From an uncultured Poribacteria bacterium (GTDB taxonomy: Bacteria > Poribacteria > WGA-4E > WGA-3G), in the NCBI GenBank assembly GCA_951828385.1, contig OX639973.1:1728470-1792469 (forward strand): a DNA stretch of 64,000 nucleotides, in the 5' to 3' direction. The notes beneath the pieces are model-generated. The model was given only the letters and a program-made list of their open reading frames with translations. It did not search any database and was not told where the DNA came from. Below, one piece after another: positions 37,973-46,055 of this stretch. The stretch's first letter is position 1; each line of letters opens with the position of its first letter. The position numbers and the translations under genes were made by a program.

Positions 37973-39694
37973 CTATGTCTGTGAGGGAGTTAGCAGTGCG
38001 GCGATGTCTGCTGGCAACTGGATACCCGTTTTCTGCTCAAAATCTTCGACGTTTGCGTAATCATTATGGAGTTCAGCAATGAGGTCCATACCAAGGTCTT
38101 GGGCTGTGATAAAGTCGGATTTGGCTTTTTCCCATTTTTTCATGTATAACCACAGTTGCGCGCGGATGACATAAGCTTGGGCAGAATCCGGACTGAGTTG
38201 TATCACTTTGGTACAGTCTTCAATAGCACTGTCAAAATCACCTTTAGTATAGTAAGTAGCACTTCGATTGTAATAAGTTATGGCATCATTCGGATTGAGT
38301 AGTATCACTTTGGTATAGTCTTCAATAGCACTGTCAAAATTGCCTTTTTCCCTATAAACATTGCCTCGATCGCGATATGCCTTGACATAATCAGGTTTTA
38401 GTTCTATTGCTTTTGTATAGTCTTCAATAGCAAGATCAATCTTATCTATTTCCTCGTAAACAGCACCTCGGTTGTAATAAGCGTTGGCATAATCAGGTTT
38501 GAGTTTTATTGCGGTGTTATAGTCTTTTATGGCATTATCAAGATCGTCTTTGTCAGCGTAAGCATTACCCCGATTGTTATATGCCGTGCTATAATTAGGG
38601 TCTATTTTTATCGCTGTGTTATAGTCTCTGATAGCATTGTCAATGTCGCCTTTATCTCTATAAGCATTGCCTCGATTGCTATATGCCTCGGTATAATCTG
38701 GGTTGAGTTTTATCGCTGTGTTATAGTCATTGATAGCATTGTCAAAATCGTCTATGTTAACGTAAACATTGCCCCGATTGTTGAAGGCACTGGCATTACA
38801 AGGGTCCATCTCCATAGATTTGTTCAAGTCTCGAAGAGCACTGTCAAAATCGTCTTTTATATTGTAAGCCGCTCCCCGGTTACTGTAGGCCGTGGCATAA
38901 TTGGGATTGAGTTGTATCGCTTTACTATAGTCTTTAATAGCTTTGTTAACCTCACCTTTGCGGATGTAAGCTGTTCCTCGATTGTTGTAGGCTGTGGCAT
39001 AATCGGGATTGAGTTGTATCGCTTTGCTCAAATCCACAATAGCTTTGTCAAACTTGTCAAGATTAATATAAGCAGCCCCCCGGTTGTTATAGGCTGCAAC
39101 ATCTTTCGGACTGAGTTCAACTGTTCGTGAGTATGCCTTTAACGCCTCGTCTATTTGCCCCAAAATCATCATGAAGTTACCCCGATGGAATGCTAAAGAA
39201 GCGAGTGTTTCTATTTCCTCGGGTGTTACACTGGGTGAAGGCTTTGCTTGAGATTGCATTTCGTTTATAACCTTTCGGATGCCCTCTACTACACTCATCC
39301 ACCCTTTGCTCTCAGGGTTCCATTCGTTAATATCGTAAATTGGTTTGCCTTTTTCGGGAAGAGCTTGGAAATCACTAAGTTGATGATTTTGCCAATCGCA
39401 GTGTTCAAGGATAATCGGAATCACTCTTATGTTTGGATTTAACGCAGCAGTTAATTCTTTATTGCAGTTTTCAGAAGCGAGACTATACCGACAAGTAAGG
39501 TAGAGTAGAATGTCCGAATCGGCAAGATTGTTGAAAATTGCATCCCGCCATCTATCACCGGGTAGGATTTCGTTGTCGTGCCAGACATCAATTAACCCGT
39601 TTTGCCTCAGAACATCAAGGCTGGTTATCAATTCGTCCTTTGCTTCTGAATTTTTATGTGCATAGGTAATGAAAATCTTCAGCCCTTTATTCAT
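37973..39694 (-). CDS. TIR-domain protein with about 10 C-terminal TPR repeats
   Basis: The N-terminus KIFITYAHKNSEAKDEL...DVWHDNEILPGDRWRDAIFNNLADSDILLYLTCRYSLASENCNKEL matches bacterial TIR_2 domains (FISYxxxD ... YxxSxWCxxEL). This is followed by repeated AxYNNRGxAYxxxxxFDxAIxDYxxAIxLxP TPR units. The ATG at 39694 overlaps the MTase stop (ATGAATAA) and sits 5 nt after a GGAGGG in the MTase 3' end. Confidence 0.75.
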   Translation of the reverse strand: MNKGLKIFITYAHKNSEAKDELITSLDVLRQNGLIDVWHDNEILPGDRWRDAIFNNLADSDILLYLTCRYSLASENCNKELTAALNPNIRVIPIILEHCDWQNHQLSDFQALPEKGKPIYDINEWNPESKGWMSVVEGIRKVINEMQSQAKPSPSVTPEEIETLASLAFHRGNFMMILGQIDEALKAYSRTVELSPKDVAAYNNRGAAYINLDKFDKAIVDLSKAIQLNPDYATAYNNRGTAYIRKGEVNKAIKDYSKAIQLNPNYATAYSNRGAAYNIKDDFDSALRDLNKSMEMDPCNASAFNNRGNVYVNIDDFDNAINDYNTAIKLNPDYTEAYSNRGNAYRDKGDIDNAIRDYNTAIKIDPNYSTAYNNRGNAYADKDDLDNAIKDYNTAIKLKPDYANAYYNRGAVYEEIDKIDLAIEDYTKAIELKPDYVKAYRDRGNVYREKGNFDSAIEDYTKVILLNPNDAITYYNRSATYYTKGDFDSAIEDCTKVIQLSPDSAQAYVIRAQLWLYMKKWEKAKSDFITAQDLGMDLIAELHNDYANVEDFEQKTGIQLPADIAALLTPSQT

Positions 39695-42600
39695 CCTTTC
39701 CCTCCACAATCGCAATCTCATCTTCCGTTAAATTATACAATTCATACACCAATTTATCAATCTCATCTTCAAGGGAGGAAGTGTCTGCTTCGGAGTCAGT
39801 GTGTTTAGCGTCAAGGATTTCGTCAACTTGCATTTCAATCTGTTTGACAATGGATTGGTTTGCATCGGTGATAGGTGGAATAGGAAAGTTTTTCATAAAC
39901 TCACTTTTAAACCTGACTCCTTTTGAACCTAAATGACCACCAGCATAGTAACTTTTGAATGCGAAAAGGAAAAACCCTGAATTTAAGAGACCAAGCAAGT
40001 AAGTGAGATTTTTGCCCGTTAAAAACCTTGTCGTATCAAGCGAATAGAATTTGTTTTTATCAATAAGAAATTTCCCTTCTTTTGCCATCTCTTGCCAAAC
40101 AATCTTTTCCTTATCAAATTCTGAGTAGTAGGCACAAGCCCTGAGATTCCACCAATTTTCGCCTTGATCGTCTCTATTCAAGAGTCCTTTACCTTTCATT
40201 TTTATGATTCCCGAGTCCATCCGTTTTGCTAAGGTCTCAAGGTGATTATAGATAGCGGGATATTTATTGGGAATATCCAGATCGGAACCTGTTGCGAGTA
40301 TGTAAAATTTCCCTTGTTGAGCATGGTAACGTTTAATGTCTTTTCCGCGTAGGAGTGGTTTTATGATTTCTGCTGACTTTGGGTCTTGCTTTATGAGTTG
40401 CTCACGTTTTGCTTCGTCTATGATGAATGCTTCATTACAACCTGTTATGATTCCACGATAGATGTTTATATCCCAATCTTTAAGCGGTTTGCCGATACCC
40501 TCTATTTTGCGTTTCAGGTTGAGTTCGGCAGGTGAGAGTATCGCCCACGGTTCACCTTTAGCAGGCATCTCCATAGTCGCGCCATTGGTACTCAAATACC
40601 GGACTATGCTGCCGGTCTGTCTGTCAAAGTCTGCTCCCAGAGATACACCTCTAAAGGCAGCGGGTACATCGGATACACTCTTTTGAAAAAGCAAGATGTT
40701 TGTGTCAACGGTGGCATCAAACACGTCTGGTCCCATATCCAGCAGTTGAATCGGTTGGGTAAGTGTTACAAAGTAATCCCTCAATTTTTTACCGTAACCA
40801 GCGCGCATCCATTTATTAGAAGTAATCAAACAGGCATGTCCATTGGTTTTCAAAAGTTGATTCGCTTTTTCATAGAACAAACAGTAAATATCGCCTGTAC
40901 GGGCGAAGGTTTCAAAACCTGCGCCTTGATAAAGTTTCCCAAGTCTCCCATTTTCCTTTTGCAATTGGACATAAGGCGGATTTCCAAGTACCACATCAAC
41001 TCCGTCTCTGATGCCAAACATCCGTTCCGGTTCAAACCAATCTGTCTTTGCGTTCTGGTCGTAGGGTTTCCAGCGAACGATTTTGCGAGCGTTTTCAAAT
41101 TCGGCATCAAATTCTTTCTTACGCGTTTCAAACGTTTTCTGTTCCTTCTCTCGCAACTGTTCACGCAGTTCAGCGGTGGGAAGTTGGTTCACTTTTTGAT
41201 CTATTTCTCGTTGTCGGCTCTCTATCCATTCTGTTCGCTGCCGCTCCAATTCTTCCTCCAATTGTTGGCGGCAATCTTCTTCTTGCTCTTCAAGTTTACG
41301 TTTTTGTGTTCGGTTGTTTGCGAGAAAAAACTTTTCACGAATCCCGTCAATTTCTTTTAGCAATTGCTGTACGGTATCATCTTGAAACAATCCCCTTGTT
41401 TCGGATAAATCTATGCCTATCAGTGTATCCGCAGCAACAAAACGTGTCTCCAAATTCGGCAGCGGTTTGATACCGAAGTTCTCCGCGTCTCTGTCCGGTT
41501 CCTGCTCAATAGCAAGCGATATGAAAAAGCGGAGTTTAGCGATTTGACACGCAATCGGTTGGATATCCACACCGAAGATGCTATTTTGGATTAGGTATAA
41601 TTTCCGTCCAAAATCCGAATCACGGTAACGCTCAAAAGTATCACTGATTTCGGAGAGCTCATCCTTCCGTTCCTGTGGATTTTGGGTGTTGAAGGCATTT
41701 GCAGCGCGTTCTTTTGCAAGTTGCATCTGTAATGCTTCCCATCGGTTGTTATCAGGGTCAAGTCGCCGGAGTGCCAGCGTCAACTTGTGGAGTATACCCA
41801 TTGGAAATGCCCCGGAACCGACGGCTGGATCCAATATCTTGAGTTCAGAAATTGTTTTCACAATCGCGTCCGTTTCGCGGTTGTCAAACCATTCGTGAGC
41901 ATCGTCAAACATTTTGGCATAGTCAAACAGGTATCGCAATCGTTCGTCCCAAAGTTCTGAATTACCATCACTCGGTTGACACTTTTGGGATAACGCAGCA
42001 ACTAACGCCTCCTCCACCATATAGTCTACGATAGCGCGTGGGGTGTAATAGGAGCCTGTCATCTTGCGCGCCGTTTCTCCCGTTTCCGGGTTGATAGCGG
42101 CGAGTAGGTTTTCAAACACCCTGCCGAGCAGTTCGGGGTCCAGTGCAACCTCCTGATCTACCGGCGTGTTCTCTTCAACGGTGAATTTGTAGTGTTCAAG
42201 TAAAGGGATCAATCCGTGCTGTGCGTCAAAAAAGAGGTGGTTCGGGATGGATAGCTTATGGTACTGATTATCAGAAAAGCAGTCTATTCGGTAACCGCCT
42301 TCACCTGTTGCCTTGAAACTATCCAGACAGTCAAACAAGCCACCGTTGATGAACGGCGTTTTGTCAAAAAATTCTAATAGCTTATCAGGCGCGCGCATCT
42401 GCTTCTTGTAGCGATACCGTGAGAAATTGCGGTGATTAGAATTGCCGCCCTTGCTAAACGTCCGTTTGTCTATCTCTGTGTTCAACGTTGCGAAAAAGAG
42501 GTTTTGTAGCACAGCACGGTAGTAAGAATCGCCGTTGTCAAAACCATTCTCTGTCAAAAGGTTTTGAACTTGTGCTTTGTTAAAGAGTTCATCTGCCACC

Positions 42601-43442
42601 AATCCTTTTTCCTTGATAAACCAGATAAAGAGCAGACGCGTGATGAGTCGGATAACATGCTCTTCCGGTTTTATCATACGATTCTCATCTGTCGGGAAGG
42701 TTGCCTCTTTAACTGCCCATTCATACCACGCGAACAGTTTCCGATAGAATTGCTTGTTGAGTGCTTCTGTATTGAGAATACCTTCCCACGCTTTATGGAG
42801 TGTGTCAAAGTTGGTAACGTCTTCAATTTCAATAAGGCTACGGAGGTGGAGTTCCGAGAGGATGTCAATATGGGCGCGCTTGGGGGAATCAAGGTTAATG
42901 TCCTTGATGAGCGTCACTTTTTCCAATACCTGCTTATTAGAGGTACGTTTGTGGTGCCTGCGGTTGATTATGGCGAGCGAGAGCACAGCACCGTATCGGA
43001 ACATCACCATGATAGATTTTTCAAATGCTTTGTTAATAAAACGGGTGATGTCAGCAAGTTGTGTGCGCGTGTAGGTATTTTTAGTCAGTTGAACGGTGAC
43101 GAACATATAAGAGGTTCTGAGTGCATCGTCTATGTGGGTACTCTCAAATAACGAACCCTGCTCTGGGTCTACCTGTTGGTTAATCTCATCGTCCGCTACT
43201 TGCATGATTTGGAAAAAGGATTGCCACTCTTCAATGCGGAGTTTATCAGATGGCTTGGCGGTGTCAAGGGCGGATTCGACGAGACGGTCAAACCTATTGC
43301 TGTCGATTGCATCATTTCCGACTCGCTTGCTGTAGTAGCCGAGGGTGTTCAGGAGAGTTGTGGCGGCTTCCCTTAGCGGTTGGTTATCGAAATTCTTTAG
43401 GGCGTTCTCAATGTTCTGTTTAATTGTTATGTCTGAATTCAT
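39687..43442 (-). CDS. Large (1251 aa) gamma-class N6-adenine DNA methyltransferase of the Eco57I / Type IIG / BREX-PglX-like kind
   Basis: TGSYYTPRAIVDYMVEEAL (motif X, the FxTP-type segment), DPAVGSGAFPMGILHKL (motif I), VVLGNPPYVQLQ (motif IV NPPY). An HsdM-like helical segment RLITRLLFIWFIKEKGL precedes the catalytic core, and a long C-terminal region is consistent with a target-recognition domain. Confidence 0.8.
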   Translation of the reverse strand: MNSDITIKQNIENALKNFDNQPLREAATTLLNTLGYYSKRVGNDAIDSNRFDRLVESALDTAKPSDKLRIEEWQSFFQIMQVADDEINQQVDPEQGSLFESTHIDDALRTSYMFVTVQLTKNTYTRTQLADITRFINKAFEKSIMVMFRYGAVLSLAIINRRHHKRTSNKQVLEKVTLIKDINLDSPKRAHIDILSELHLRSLIEIEDVTNFDTLHKAWEGILNTEALNKQFYRKLFAWYEWAVKEATFPTDENRMIKPEEHVIRLITRLLFIWFIKEKGLVADELFNKAQVQNLLTENGFDNGDSYYRAVLQNLFFATLNTEIDKRTFSKGGNSNHRNFSRYRYKKQMRAPDKLLEFFDKTPFINGGLFDCLDSFKATGEGGYRIDCFSDNQYHKLSIPNHLFFDAQHGLIPLLEHYKFTVEENTPVDQEVALDPELLGRVFENLLAAINPETGETARKMTGSYYTPRAIVDYMVEEALVAALSQKCQPSDGNSELWDERLRYLFDYAKMFDDAHEWFDNRETDAIVKTISELKILDPAVGSGAFPMGILHKLTLALRRLDPDNNRWEALQMQLAKERAANAFNTQNPQERKDELSEISDTFERYRDSDFGRKLYLIQNSIFGVDIQPIACQIAKLRFFISLAIEQEPDRDAENFGIKPLPNLETRFVAADTLIGIDLSETRGLFQDDTVQQLLKEIDGIREKFFLANNRTQKRKLEEQEEDCRQQLEEELERQRTEWIESRQREIDQKVNQLPTAELREQLREKEQKTFETRKKEFDAEFENARKIVRWKPYDQNAKTDWFEPERMFGIRDGVDVVLGNPPYVQLQKENGRLGKLYQGAGFETFARTGDIYCLFYEKANQLLKTNGHACLITSNKWMRAGYGKKLRDYFVTLTQPIQLLDMGPDVFDATVDTNILLFQKSVSDVPAAFRGVSLGADFDRQTGSIVRYLSTNGATMEMPAKGEPWAILSPAELNLKRKIEGIGKPLKDWDINIYRGIITGCNEAFIIDEAKREQLIKQDPKSAEIIKPLLRGKDIKRYHAQQGKFYILATGSDLDIPNKYPAIYNHLETLAKRMDSGIIKMKGKGLLNRDDQGENWWNLRACAYYSEFDKEKIVWQEMAKEGKFLIDKNKFYSLDTTRFLTGKNLTYLLGLLNSGFFLFAFKSYYAGGHLGSKGVRFKSEFMKNFPIPPITDANQSIVKQIEMQVDEILDAKHTDSEADTSSLEDEIDKLVYELYNLTEDEIAIVEGKDE

Positions 43443-43461
43443 AGGCTACCTTTCTCAGTTA

Positions 43462-43701
43462 TCAATCCATAATGACACCTATCGGGTATTGTCCGGTCGG
43501 CGCAGTCGGTTCGATAGAGAATCCGAAGTTCGGATGCGACGGGTCCGGGTCCGTGCCGATCGAGTACGTGAACGGCACCGTGATGATATGCGTACCATAT
43601 CCCGTAATGGTTTTCTTTCGATGGGCTTCCGGTATTTGAAGCGTACAATTGATGTTAACCGTCACACAAACCGTAAATACATCCGTACAAATCGAAGACA
43701 T
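43462..43701 (-). CDS. Small hypothetical ORF (79 aa) between the lipoprotein gene and the MTase
   Basis: ORF track only. A competing 69-aa frame exists. GAAAGG lies 7 nt upstream of the MTase ATG that follows. No homology recognised. Confidence 0.25.
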   Translation of the reverse strand: MSSICTDVFTVCVTVNINCTLQIPEAHRKKTITGYGTHIITVPFTYSIGTDPDPSHPNFGFSIEPTAPTGQYPIGVIMD

Positions 43702-43724
43702 TTGCTATTCCTCTAACATTACCC

Positions 43725-43946
43725 CTAATTGCATGTGTTGTGAGATGACGCGACCGGGGCCCGGATCGTAATCTGGGTCCATATAGACGCACGCAATCCC
43801 TTCCCGTTTTTTATTGCCGTGTTGCACTTCAACGATTTCCCAAAAGTTACGGGTCTGCCTACTAATGCTTCTTGCATTGGGGTCTCCTTTAGTTCATCCA
43901 CCACAATTAGCGGATATTGGTTTTCGATACACTTATTTGTCGCCAT
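43725..43946 (-). CDS. Small hypothetical ORF (73 aa) abutting the stop of 43947..44927
   Basis: ORF track only. The start is immediately adjacent to the upstream stop, suggesting co-transcription. Confidence 0.3.
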   Translation of the reverse strand: MATNKCIENQYPLIVVDELKETPMQEALVGRPVTFGKSLKCNTAIKNGKGLRASIWTQITIRAPVASSHNTCN

Positions 43947-44927
43947 TTATTCATACTTCCTCGATTCAACTGCACGTAGATTTATCGGATCAAACCACTC
44001 CGCGAGCAACGTATACATCAACGGCTCTCTCTCACGAAATAGGTCGAGGGCATGTGCTTTCTCTTCTAACGAAAACCAGAGAAACCAGTGTTTTACGCCC
44101 TCTGCCCAGTATTCCCCCTTCGTTGTCAGTGCGTAACTTCCGAGAGAACTGCCAGTTTCTCTTGCAGACTGGAAAGCGGCTTTGAGACGGGCATCAAAAG
44201 TCGTATCTAAGAGCTCAATTGCTATATGGATGGCATGCGCAAACTCATGGATGAATATCTCAAAACCCGAGTTAAAACCCGGTACAACATATACATTCGC
44301 CCAACCATAAGAAGAACCAAGTCCCCCTATCGTTACGATAGGATAGTCAATCGCACCATTCCCTAAGTGTATCTCAGGTATCACTGTGCGACCCTGATGT
44401 GCATTTACAAGAATCATACGGAATTTAGGGCTCGGTGTCGTGCGTCCGGTAACATCGTGTCTACAGCAGTGCTGCGTTGCGCCGGGTCGGTTTTCACGCG
44501 TAGGTGTGAGTAGTTCCCGGAGTTCAGGTCTCTTAAATGTCATGCCCAAAACGATGTCCCGTGCTACATAAAATAAACGGTCATCGATAAGCCCGTTCCC
44601 CATGATCGCAACACCGCCAGCGCTCACATATTTCGTGTAGTACGCTTCCTGCTCACGTCTGAGACATATCTGGTGGATCAGGGCCTTTGCCCGAATATCG
44701 TCGGGGTCATTATCACCCTCTATAGTATCCTCAAGTTCTGCCATGAGCGTGTCCACATCCTTGCCCCAGATGATGTCTTGGATGTTTATTGGCACGGGTC
44801 CGACATCCGGCAACGCTGCAGGTGCGGTCGGCGCAAGCCCGTCGAGCAGCACGCCTTCATCGCCACAGCCCCACGTCAAACAGAGAAAAAGTATCAGAAT
44901 TAGAAACGCTTTTATTTTTATGTGCAT
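43947..44927 (-). CDS. Putative secreted zinc metallopeptidase-like lipoprotein (HExxH)
   Basis: Signal peptide ending LTWGC (possible lipobox Cys). FIHEFAHAIHIAIE contains an HExxH motif. Family not recognised. Confidence 0.5.
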   Translation of the reverse strand: MHIKIKAFLILILFLCLTWGCGDEGVLLDGLAPTAPAALPDVGPVPINIQDIIWGKDVDTLMAELEDTIEGDNDPDDIRAKALIHQICLRREQEAYYTKYVSAGGVAIMGNGLIDDRLFYVARDIVLGMTFKRPELRELLTPTRENRPGATQHCCRHDVTGRTTPSPKFRMILVNAHQGRTVIPEIHLGNGAIDYPIVTIGGLGSSYGWANVYVVPGFNSGFEIFIHEFAHAIHIAIELLDTTFDARLKAAFQSARETGSSLGSYALTTKGEYWAEGVKHWFLWFSLEEKAHALDLFREREPLMYTLLAEWFDPINLRAVESRKYE

Positions 44928-45132
44928 TGGATGTCCTCCTAACTGCCGCTACCACTGCCACTGTCATAGATCGTGAACGAAAAATCAAATGAATCGTCTG
45001 GCATACTCAACATCGCTGGCATCACCTGCTTCTGTTTTCTCTTGTTCCGCCGCAATGGGTTCTCCTGTAGCGGTCTGTGAACCCGAAGTCGCGACCGCAA
45101 GCCGTTGTTCGTCTTGATAGTCGACAAGGAAT

Positions 45133-45240
45133 ACGTAGCATTTACATCTATATCGTAGCACATACTTCCAGTTTGTGCTCTATATCTATATCGTAGCACA
45201 TACTTCCAGTTTGTGCTACGAAGATTTCAGATATTGCTAC
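45133..45240 (+). repeat. Pair of REP heads (cgtagcacatacttccagtttgtgc x2, plus a partial third) immediately 3' of the RAYT gene
   Basis: Seen directly. Same palindrome core as the dispersed REP elements. Confidence 0.7.
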
Positions 45241-45908
45241 AAGTCGCATGTTTTGGATAGGTAATTCCACTTCCATTCTTTCCATTCTTTGACTAAACCT
45301 ATTTTTACCGGATTATTGAGGACATATCTAATAATCCGATGCAGTTCATCTGGATTACGGATACAATGGTCGTAACTTTCGTGTTGCCAGAATGCACCAC
45401 TACGTCCCAATATTTGATTTGCTTTTTGTGCTGTATAACTTTTGAGTGAATGCATGATGGAAGCTAACGAATGGTAACGCATATTGTGAGTCTGTTTATC
45501 GTCTGTTACAGAAGGTTGGATTTCCAGTGGTGTAAATACGACATGGACATGGTTTGCCATGATGCAGTATGAAATTAAAGAATATACTTTCCCATTTAGG
45601 TGGTGAAGACTCTCGGCTACCAATTTAGCTATCTGTTCGTTTTTGAGCCACACGGGTCCGTTATTTGCTTGGTCTAATGTTTCTTCAAATTTTCGGAACC
45701 ACTCACGTTTCTTGTCTGGGATATCTTGCTTCTGTTTGAAGGTTATCTGTTCTGCTGCTTCAAGTTTTCTCTTTTCTGTGATGTACTGTTGTAAGATATG
45801 TTTCGGTATTGATCCTGTCAGGTTAAATGTTATGAAGAAGGTTGCCCCTGGGGGTTGTATATGTGGTAAGTTACGACGATAGTATGATTTGTAGTTATAT
45901 TGATTCAT
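45237..45908 (-). CDS. REP-associated tyrosine transposase (RAYT, IS200/IS605 TnpA-like HUH Y1 transposase)
   Basis: N-terminal YYRRNLPHIQPPGATFFITFNL matches the RAYT R-R-x-L-P-H...F-x-T-F signature. HUH motif in ANHVHVVF. The catalytic Tyr region ESYDHCIRNPDELHRIIRYVLNNP. It is flanked by REP copies. The ATG at 45908 was chosen over the ORF-track start because RAYTs begin near the RR.LPH motif. Confidence 0.75.
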   Translation of the reverse strand: MNQYNYKSYYRRNLPHIQPPGATFFITFNLTGSIPKHILQQYITEKRKLEAAEQITFKQKQDIPDKKREWFRKFEETLDQANNGPVWLKNEQIAKLVAESLHHLNGKVYSLISYCIMANHVHVVFTPLEIQPSVTDDKQTHNMRYHSLASIMHSLKSYTAQKANQILGRSGAFWQHESYDHCIRNPDELHRIIRYVLNNPVKIGLVKEWKEWKWNYLSKTCDL

Positions 45909-46055
45909 TTTTAGCTTTTCCGTTTTACATCTATATTTTTTGTAGTGTCCACTTCCGAAGTGGCGCATCCATTATCTGTGTAGCGTCCATTTCTATTTGG
46001 CGAAAAACAGAATTCTACAGAAGACACAATCTGGAAGATTGTGGTACAACATGGG

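Noticed and set aside
39687-40400. Possibility that the large MTase is a complete Type IIG enzyme with an N-terminal PD-(D/E)xK nuclease
   Set aside because: Only a weak D-x12-VQLTK pattern (Q in place of E/D) was found in the N-terminal 200 aa. This is insufficient to call a nuclease domain. It is left as a question under the MTase finding rather than annotated.
40683-41360. 225-aa plus-strand ORF inside the large MTase gene
   Set aside because: It is antisense to a well-supported 1251-aa gene with clear methyltransferase motifs, has a Phe/Leu-rich low-complexity translation, and has no SD.
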